Source: Candidatus Chazhemtobacterium aquaticus (GTDB taxonomy: Bacteria > Patescibacteriota > Microgenomatia > UBA1400 > Chazhemtobacteraceae). From it: a stretch of 64,000 nucleotides of DNA. The position numbers and the translations under genes were made by a program. The notes under the pieces are model-generated. The model had not been told where the DNA came from. It saw only the letters and a list, made by a program, of their open reading frames with translations, and ran no database searches. Below, one piece after another: positions 57,358-64,000 of the stretch (the first letter of the stretch is position 1; every line of letters begins with the position of its first letter). The DNA is taken from positions 475,643 to 539,642 of the forward strand of contig NZ_CP047901.1 in assembly GCF_009936135.1 (NCBI RefSeq), in the 5' to 3' direction.

Positions 57358-58464
57358 ATGAAAATCGGTATCGACGCCCGCCTCTATGGCCCCAAACACA
57401 CCGGCATCGGCCGTTATGTCCAGGAGCTGGTTAGTCAGCTCATCCCTCTCTCTCCCAAAGACCAGTTTATTATTTTCGGTGATCCCAAACTCCTCTCTGA
57501 TCTAGAGTCCTTCTCCAACGTCACCATCGTTCCTCTCAAGACCCCTATCTACTCGCTTGCCGAGCAACTCATCAATCCCTTCATTTTCTACTCCCATCAT
57601 CTTGATCTGCTCCACGTTCCCCACTTTAACGCTCCCTTGTTGTACTTCAAAAAAACTATCATCACCATCCACGACCTAATCAAACATCTCTCCACTGGCC
57701 CCGACACTACCACCTTGCCTTCCTGGCAGTATCGCATCAAGCACCTAGCCTATCGCTTCCTTATCAGTCGCAATCTTAAAACCTCTACCGCTATCATCAC
57801 TCCTTCTCACTACTGGAAAAACTATCTCATCACTCAATTAAAGGTGCCCTCAGCCAAAATCTTTGTCACCTACGAAGCGGTTAACGCTGGTCTCAAACCA
57901 GTCGATACTCCAGACAAAACCTTGCTTAAAAAATACTCCCTCAAAAAGCCCTATATCATCTACACCGGCAATCTCTACCCCCACAAAAACGTCAATCTCC
58001 TCATTAACGCCGTCAATTCTTTTAACGCCAATCACTCTCTTAACCTTAAACTCGGTATCATTGCCGGCCGTTCTGCTTTTCACAAACGGGTTACTAAAAG
58101 CGATGCCATTGTCCCTCTAGGCTACGTACCCGACCAGGACTTACCCCACATATATGCACAAGCCCTTGCCTTAGTTCAGCCATCGTTAATCGAGGGCTTT
58201 GGTTTAACTGGTCTTGAAGCCATGAAATTAAAAACCCCAGTTGTCAGTAGCAACGCCACCTGTTTACCCGAGGTTTATGGCCAGGCCGCCCTCTACTTTG
58301 ACCCATACGACCAGCAGGATCTGGAAGAAAAAATTTCCTGGATTGTTAAGGAACATGACTTAAGACAGCGCTTGGTTGATAGGGGACTGTCCCATGTCAC
58401 TCAGTTCAGCTGGACCAAGACTGCTCGTCAGACTCTCAAGGCCTACAAATATGCGTTCAAGTAA
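57358..58464 (+). CDS. GT4 family glycosyltransferase
   Basis: 'IGIDAR...GIGRY', 'TIHDL', 'YPHKN' and 'PSLIEGFGL..LEAM'. Confidence 0.9.
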   Translation: MKIGIDARLYGPKHTGIGRYVQELVSQLIPLSPKDQFIIFGDPKLLSDLESFSNVTIVPLKTPIYSLAEQLINPFIFYSHHLDLLHVPHFNAPLLYFKKTIITIHDLIKHLSTGPDTTTLPSWQYRIKHLAYRFLISRNLKTSTAIITPSHYWKNYLITQLKVPSAKIFVTYEAVNAGLKPVDTPDKTLLKKYSLKKPYIIYTGNLYPHKNVNLLINAVNSFNANHSLNLKLGIIAGRSAFHKRVTKSDAIVPLGYVPDQDLPHIYAQALALVQPSLIEGFGLTGLEAMKLKTPVVSSNATCLPEVYGQAALYFDPYDQQDLEEKISWIVKEHDLRQRLVDRGLSHVTQFSWTKTARQTLKAYKYAFK

Positions 58465-59599
58465 TCTAAACGACTTAAAAATTGCCTTAGTATACGATCG
58501 AGTTAACAAGTTTGGCGGGGCCGAGCGAGTCATTCAACAACTCCATCAACTCTTTCCCAAAGCTCCTCTCTATACCCTTGTTTACGACCCAGCAAAGGCT
58601 ACCTGGGCCTCCGGTATGGATGTTCGTCCCAGTTTCCTTAATCTTCCATTCCTGCGTTCCCATCATGAACTCTTAGCCCCTCTTGCCCCCCTAGCTTTTG
58701 AGACCTTTAACTTTAATGATTATAATTTGGTCATCTCCATCACCAGCGAATCAGCCAAAGCCGTTATCACCAAGCCTAATACTCTGCATGTCTGTTACTG
58801 CCTTACTCCCACCCGCTATCTCTGGTCGGGACGGCAAGAGTATTTAACACACCCCGGTTTGGGTATCTTATCTCCTCTAGTGAAAAGATATTTGCACAAG
58901 AACATAAAAAAATATCAAAAAAACGATCTTTACCTTTCTCATCGACCTGATCACTACATCGCCATCTCCCAAGAGGTTCAATCAAGGATAAGACGCTACT
59001 ATCACCGACCCTCATCCGTTATCTATCCACCCATTAACTACGACTATTTCTCCAGAGCACCTAGATTAAAACGGACTCACTATCTCTTCGTCAGTCGCTT
59101 AGTTCCTTACAAAAAAGCCGATTTGGTCATCAACGCTTTTGCCCATCCCAGCCTTCAATCATCCAACTTAATCGTGGTTGGCTCAGGTTCTCAAAGCTCA
59201 TCACTTAAACGCCAAGCTACTCACAACGTCAAGTTCCTCTCCTCTGTCTCTGACCAACAATTAAGGCGTCTTTATGCTTCCGCCAAAGCCTTGATTTTTC
59301 CTTCCCATGAGGACTTTGGACTTGTCCCCCTTGAGGCTCAGGCCTGCGGCACGCCGGTTCTTGCCTACAACCAGGGCGGTGCCCAAGAAACTGTCATTGA
59401 GGGCAAAACAGGCCTCTTCTTTACCTCTCAGACAATCAAAGCTATCATCAATGCCATCACTAAATTCGAAAAGCAAACCACCATATCCTCCGTTCTCTGC
59501 CGCAAAAACGCCGCTCGTTTCTCGCCCCTTGTCTTTCAACATCAATTATCTGCTACATTAAAAATACTATGGCAAAAGCACCAGCAAACCTATATGTAG
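58451..59599 (+). CDS. GT4 glycosyltransferase (WbaZ-like mannosyltransferase)
   Basis: 'GGAERV', 'YCLTPTRYLW', 'SRLVPYK' and 'EDFGLVPLEAQACGTPV'. Start ATG 58451. Confidence 0.88.
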   Translation: MRSSNLNDLKIALVYDRVNKFGGAERVIQQLHQLFPKAPLYTLVYDPAKATWASGMDVRPSFLNLPFLRSHHELLAPLAPLAFETFNFNDYNLVISITSESAKAVITKPNTLHVCYCLTPTRYLWSGRQEYLTHPGLGILSPLVKRYLHKNIKKYQKNDLYLSHRPDHYIAISQEVQSRIRRYYHRPSSVIYPPINYDYFSRAPRLKRTHYLFVSRLVPYKKADLVINAFAHPSLQSSNLIVVGSGSQSSSLKRQATHNVKFLSSVSDQQLRRLYASAKALIFPSHEDFGLVPLEAQACGTPVLAYNQGGAQETVIEGKTGLFFTSQTIKAIINAITKFEKQTTISSVLCRKNAARFSPLVFQHQLSATLKILWQKHQQTYM

Positions 59600-60669
59600 T
59601 TATCATCGCCGGCGGTGTTGGCACCCGTCTCTGGCCCAAATCAAGGAAGGCTCTGCCCAAGCAATTCTTCCACCTTGATGGCGATTTATCCTTAAGTCAA
59701 TTAACCTACCAAAGGCTAAAAGGCTTTATACCCGATGATCACATTTACGTAGTTGCTCCTGCCCATTACCGATCTCAGATTCAAAAGAATTTACCCCAGA
59801 TCCCTAAACAAAACCGGCTTTTAGAGCCGGTTAAACAAGGTACTACTGCCGCCAACTTGTTAAGTGCCTCGGTTATCTACCATCGTGACCCCAATGCTAT
59901 CGTTCACCTCCTAGTTGCCGACGACTATCTTCAAGACATTCCCCGTTTCCATCGCATGTCTAGTCTAGCTGCCCAGCAAGCCGCTGATGACTCGGTCATA
60001 GTTTTCGGCGTCAAGCCCCGTTCACCTCACACCGGCTTTGGCTATATCAAAACCGGTAAAAAGCTCTCTACTCATGGGGATATTCAGGTTTTCAAAGCCC
60101 TAAAATTTGTTGAGAAACCCGACGAAAGAAGAGCTCGTCGTTACGTTAGCTCCAGTAATTACTACTGGCATGGTTCTGGTTTTGCTGCCCCAGTTCAGCT
60201 CATTCTTGATACCCTTTCGGCCAGTCCTCAGATCAACTCGATTGTCACCAAGATTAACCAGCACGTTGCTTCTGGTAAGAGCCTTAACCGGCCCGCTTTC
60301 CTTAAGCTATACAAACAGATCACCAAGGACCCCATCGAGACAACCTTTCTAGAGAAAGTTAAATCCACCAAGATGATTACTCTGGAGGATACCTGGAATG
60401 ATGTTGGCAGCTGGGCGCAGGTTTATGAGATCTTTCCCAAAGATGCTCAGCGCAATGTTATCCTAGGCAATCCCAAGAATGTCGTCACCCGAAACTCCTT
60501 CCACAATCTCATCTTCGCCAGTGATCGCCTCATCGCTATCACCGACATGGAGGGCATGGTTATAGTTGATACTGGTGACGCTCTTCTGGCCTGCCCCATG
60601 GTTAATGCCCAGAATGTTAAAGCTTTAGTCGAAATTCTAAAATCATTAAAACTAGACAAATTAATTTAA
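59569..60669 (+). CDS. manC: mannose-1-phosphate guanylyltransferase-like (monofunctional, no cupin domain)
   Basis: 'IAGGVGTRLWPKSR..PKQF', 'LEP', 'TGFGYI', 'FVEKP' and 'WNDVGSW', followed by a C-terminal beta-helix. Confidence 0.8.
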   Translation: MAKAPANLYVVIIAGGVGTRLWPKSRKALPKQFFHLDGDLSLSQLTYQRLKGFIPDDHIYVVAPAHYRSQIQKNLPQIPKQNRLLEPVKQGTTAANLLSASVIYHRDPNAIVHLLVADDYLQDIPRFHRMSSLAAQQAADDSVIVFGVKPRSPHTGFGYIKTGKKLSTHGDIQVFKALKFVEKPDERRARRYVSSSNYYWHGSGFAAPVQLILDTLSASPQINSIVTKINQHVASGKSLNRPAFLKLYKQITKDPIETTFLEKVKSTKMITLEDTWNDVGSWAQVYEIFPKDAQRNVILGNPKNVVTRNSFHNLIFASDRLIAITDMEGMVIVDTGDALLACPMVNAQNVKALVEILKSLKLDKLI

Positions 60670-60679
60670 AAAAACACTC

Positions 60680-61306
60680 ATGTTCTACGATCTAGCCAAA
60701 CGCTTACTTGATCTACTCGCCGCCCTCACTCTCATTGTCCTCTTCGTCCCCGTTTGGATCATTGTGCCACTCTTAATCAAGTTTGACTCAGCAGGTCCCA
60801 TCTTCTTTCTTCAGAAGCGTCTTGGTAAAAATGGCCGGGTCTTTAAGATCATCAAATTTCGCACCATGCGTACCGACGCCGAGGAATACTGGAAGAATCA
60901 CCCCAAACTCTACCAGAAGTTCAAGAAACAAAGCTGGAAGCTTACCCTAGATGAAGATCCTCGTGTTACCAAGTTAGGCCGGGTTCTTCGCCAAACCTCG
61001 ATAGACGAGTTTCCCCAGGTCTTCAACGTTCTACTTGGTAGTATGAGTTTAATCGGTCCCCGTCCCATCCGTGATATCGAAGCCAAAGACGCTATCAGGC
61101 GGTATGGTAAGAAGATTAAAGAGCAGATTGATACAAGTCTAACCGTCAAACCAGGTATCTCCGGCCCCTGGCAAGTCTCTGGTCGCAACGACATTCCCTG
61201 GGACAAGCGTCTAAAAATTGACGCCCAATATGCTAGTCGTCGCAATCTTTTAGATGACCTGCGCATCATTCTCAAGACCCCTCTGGCCATGATCAGCAAA
61301 TGGTAG
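60680..61306 (+). CDS. priming phosphoglycosyl (sugar) transferase, Bac_transf family
   Basis: 'KRLLD', 'KFRTM', '[21 protein letters not shown]', 'GPRP' and '[13 protein letters not shown]'. Confidence 0.92.
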   Translation: MFYDLAKRLLDLLAALTLIVLFVPVWIIVPLLIKFDSAGPIFFLQKRLGKNGRVFKIIKFRTMRTDAEEYWKNHPKLYQKFKKQSWKLTLDEDPRVTKLGRVLRQTSIDEFPQVFNVLLGSMSLIGPRPIRDIEAKDAIRRYGKKIKEQIDTSLTVKPGISGPWQVSGRNDIPWDKRLKIDAQYASRRNLLDDLRIILKTPLAMISKW

Positions 61307-61341
61307 TCTTCCATTTCTATATTTTGGTAAACTAAATCGAT

Positions 61342-63345
61342 ATGCAACTCAAGAAGCTTGATCTAAGTGAAGGTGTTTCTGCTGCCGAGGATGTTAAACC
61401 TGTATCAGATCCAGACGTATCATCAACTGATCCGGTCAAACCTGCTCCTGACACATCAAAATCTGAACCAACTGATCCCAAAACACTCAAGACTCGTCGT
61501 AGCCTTAAAAAACCCTTAATTATTCTCTCAGTTATACTCCTGCTTCTTCTTATAACCACGGCCGCCCTAGCTATTCCTGCCTATCTCATGATGACTCCCG
61601 CCAAGCTTACCTTAAGCTCTGCTCAAAATGCCGCCGCCGCTCTTCAAAGTCAGGACCTGGCTGCCACCCAATCAGAGTTAGTTGCTGCCAAGGATCACCT
61701 AGTCAAAACTCAACAACAGTATCGCTATCTCTCCTGGACCAAGTATGTCCCCATCATTCGCAACTACTACCTTGATGGTGAACGAGGCCTACAAGGTGCC
61801 TATCACGCCATCGAAGCTGGTCAATCCCTGGCCGTTGCCATCGAGCCCTATGCCGACCTACTTGGCTTTAAAGTCAGTACTGAGTCGGCTCAACCGGATG
61901 CTACCTCAGCCGAGGAGCGCATTGTTTTCTTGGCCCAGACTCTGGAAGCCATCTCTCCGCAACTAGAACAGGTAGCCAAGGATCTTGACCTGGCTCGTGA
62001 CCAGATCAACCAAATTGATCCCAACCGCTATCCGGTTACCGTTGCCAACAAACCAATTCGCGCCAATGTCAAAAAACTTCAGGAAACCCTCTCTGCAGCC
62101 CATCTGGCTCTAACCGAAGCCAAGCCCTTGATTGCTCTCTTGCCTGACCTGCTTGGCCAAAACGGCGAAAAAGTATATATGCTTCTTTTCCAAAACGATG
62201 CTGAGCTTCGCCCCACCGGAGGCTTTATGACTGCCTACGCTTATGTCAAGGTTGATCGAGGCAAATTGACCCCGCTTGATTCTTACGATATCTACGATCT
62301 GGATGCTCGCTGGAACAAAATCCTACCCGCCCCCGATCCCATCAAAAAATACCTGCCTCTGGTCAACAACTGGAATCTTCGTGATATGAATCTGAGTCCC
62401 GACTTCAAGGTTAGTATGGAAACCTTTCTAAAACATTACCAAGAAATTCCCGGGGTCAGACAGATCGATGGTATCATCGCCCTTGATACCCAGGTTCCAG
62501 TAGAATTACTCAAAGTTCTAGGCCCCATCGGCGTTGGCGGCTGGGGAGAGTTCAGTGCTGAAAATGATCCCCGTTGTGATTGTCCGCAGGTTGTATATGC
62601 CCTGGAAAATATCGCCACCAGACCCACCAACTATATCCGTGAAGACAGAAAGGCTGTTTTAGGTCCTTTAATGCATTCCATTATTGCCAATGCCATGGGT
62701 TCGCCCAAATCCACCTGGCCTCAGCTACTTAATGTTGGCCTCAATGCCTTAAAGGAAAAGCATCTTTTGCTTTACTTCCCGCAGGAGTCTTCTCAAACCT
62801 CAGCCGAGGGCTTTAATGCTGCCGGCCGTATTCGTTCCTTTGAGGGTGATTATCTCCACATCAACGACACCAACTTTGCCGGTGCCAAGTCCAATATGTT
62901 CATCACCCAGACTGTTGAGCAAGACATCACCCTAGACGCCAATGGTTCTGTCACCAAGACCGTCACTATTACTTACGACAACCCTCATCCGCCCAGCAAC
63001 TGTGACCTCGAGACAGCCGGCCTCTGTCTTAACGGAGTTTACCGAGACTGGGTCAGACTTTATGTTCCTAAAGGATCTACCCTAACCGAGGTGGTTGGTT
63101 CTGAAGTAGCTGCCGTCACTAACGAGGACTTAGGTAAAACCGTTTTTGAAGCCTTCTTTACTCTAAGGCCCCAGTCATCCAGCAAATTAGTCTTTACCTA
63201 CCAGCTGCCCGACACTTACTCCACTCCTTTCCCCATGCTCATCCAAAAACAACCTGGCAAACCCAATATCACCCACTCCATTATCTTCAACGGCCAGCCT
63301 GTTGAGTACACCGTTCAGGGTGATCTGGAGATTACCCTTCCATGA
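61342..63345 (+). CDS. DUF4012-type membrane-anchored protein
   Basis: N-terminal TM and helical region, then '[17 protein letters not shown]', 'LRDMN.SPDF', 'DGIIA' and '[10 protein letters not shown]'. Confidence 0.8.
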   Translation: MQLKKLDLSEGVSAAEDVKPVSDPDVSSTDPVKPAPDTSKSEPTDPKTLKTRRSLKKPLIILSVILLLLLITTAALAIPAYLMMTPAKLTLSSAQNAAAALQSQDLAATQSELVAAKDHLVKTQQQYRYLSWTKYVPIIRNYYLDGERGLQGAYHAIEAGQSLAVAIEPYADLLGFKVSTESAQPDATSAEERIVFLAQTLEAISPQLEQVAKDLDLARDQINQIDPNRYPVTVANKPIRANVKKLQETLSAAHLALTEAKPLIALLPDLLGQNGEKVYMLLFQNDAELRPTGGFMTAYAYVKVDRGKLTPLDSYDIYDLDARWNKILPAPDPIKKYLPLVNNWNLRDMNLSPDFKVSMETFLKHYQEIPGVRQIDGIIALDTQVPVELLKVLGPIGVGGWGEFSAENDPRCDCPQVVYALENIATRPTNYIREDRKAVLGPLMHSIIANAMGSPKSTWPQLLNVGLNALKEKHLLLYFPQESSQTSAEGFNAAGRIRSFEGDYLHINDTNFAGAKSNMFITQTVEQDITLDANGSVTKTVTITYDNPHPPSNCDLETAGLCLNGVYRDWVRLYVPKGSTLTEVVGSEVAAVTNEDLGKTVFEAFFTLRPQSSSKLVFTYQLPDTYSTPFPMLIQKQPGKPNITHSIIFNGQPVEYTVQGDLEITLP

Positions 63346-63896
63346 GCGAGTTAAAAAACTTCTCTGATCAAGCTGTTGTCATCAAAAGACATAACTTCGG
63401 TGAGGCCGATCGCATTGTTACCCTGTTTACCCTCAAACATGGTAAGTTAGTCGCCGTCGCCAAGGGGGTGAGAAAATCCACTTCCAGAAAAGCGCCTCAT
63501 ATCGAGCCGTTTTCGTACTCCAGTCTCTACTTTGCCACCACCAGAGGCATGCCCATCATTACTCAAGCCGAGACCATCAACAGCTTTGACCACATCAGGA
63601 ACAATCTTCAAACTACCAGGTTGGCCTTTCACGCCATCGAGGTTATCGACAAAATCTTTGTCGAACAGCAAGCCCAGCCAGAAGCCTTTCACCAACTTCT
63701 AAAACTACTAACCCTGCTTGACCAATCCAACCTTATCACCCAGACCGATCAGGAACTCGCCCTCACTCAGTTTCACAAAGATCTTTTAAGTGACTTAGGT
63801 TTCGGCATGCCCAGACATCAAGACGCCAAGTCCTTACTAGATTACATTGAGCACATCATTGACCGCCGCTTGACCGCCAGCAAACACCTTTCTTAA
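63342..63896 (+). CDS. recO: DNA repair protein RecO (short form)
   Basis: 'GEADRIVTLFT..HGK...AKGVRK..SR....EPF' and 'LL..LGF'. Confidence 0.9.
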   Translation: MSELKNFSDQAVVIKRHNFGEADRIVTLFTLKHGKLVAVAKGVRKSTSRKAPHIEPFSYSSLYFATTRGMPIITQAETINSFDHIRNNLQTTRLAFHAIEVIDKIFVEQQAQPEAFHQLLKLLTLLDQSNLITQTDQELALTQFHKDLLSDLGFGMPRHQDAKSLLDYIEHIIDRRLTASKHLS

Positions 63897-64000
63897 AAAC
63901 CAAATCTAGCCACAAACATTCTCAATCTTGACATTAACGGGTAGTATTAAATGGTCGGCTCAAAACCCCCCTATATTAATAATTAGCTTGTTAAAAAAGC

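Noticed and set aside
60910-61347. Antisense and alternate-frame ORFs of 60-145 aa throughout the window (e.g. 6677..7003, 26949..27323, 40520..40858)
   Set aside because: They lie within well-supported genes, have no recognisable motifs and are expected shadow ORFs.
61390-61480. Imperfect VKP..PD...TDP duplication at the N-terminus of the DUF4012-type protein
   Set aside because: It is a degenerate low-complexity cytoplasmic tail with no evidence of special function.
63897-64000. TTGACA at 63928-63933 after recO as a promoter
   Set aside because: There is no -10 box at suitable spacing, and the downstream context is cut by the window edge.
1-64000. CRISPR arrays, tRNA/rRNA genes, transposases/integrases, DGR template-variable repeats, alternative genetic code
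   Set aside because: None was recognised by eye. Long ORFs translate cleanly with TGA as stop (many ATGA overlaps). Dispersed repeats could have been missed without computation.

Overview
The window is almost entirely one very large cell-surface glycosylation region. The gene families, dense packing and lack of central metabolism suggest a Patescibacteria/CPR (Microgenomates-like) bacterium; this is inference. TGA acts as stop, consistent with code 11. It encodes about 13 multi-TM GT-C-fold glycosyltransferases (including five full-length ArnT/PMT-like paralogs plus one reduced copy), 10 GT2, 8 GT4, 2 Wzx-type flippases, an O-antigen-ligase-like protein, a priming phosphoglycosyl transferase, Gmd, a ManC-like enzyme, 3 class I methyltransferases and a hexapeptide acetyltransferase, and it ends at a DUF4012-type protein and recO. 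Interspersed genes include a B12-binding radical SAM enzyme paired with a ferredoxin reductase, an AbiE-type toxin-antitoxin pair, a PD-(D/E)xK-like nuclease, a transglutaminase-like protein, an SNase/ExoI-like nuclease, an orphan HlyD-like adaptor and an A-rich island with a 1161-aa membrane protein. The most unusual element is an unannotated, GC-rich unit at about 7175-7466. It has a putative promoter, a perfect Shine-Dalgarno, a 34-codon ORF and a terminator, and hand-derived long-range pairing would sequester that SD. In contrast, many other genes appear leaderless, with a -10 box 6-8 nt before the start codon. No tRNA, rRNA, CRISPR array or transposase was recognised. All family calls come from motif recognition by eye, not database searches.
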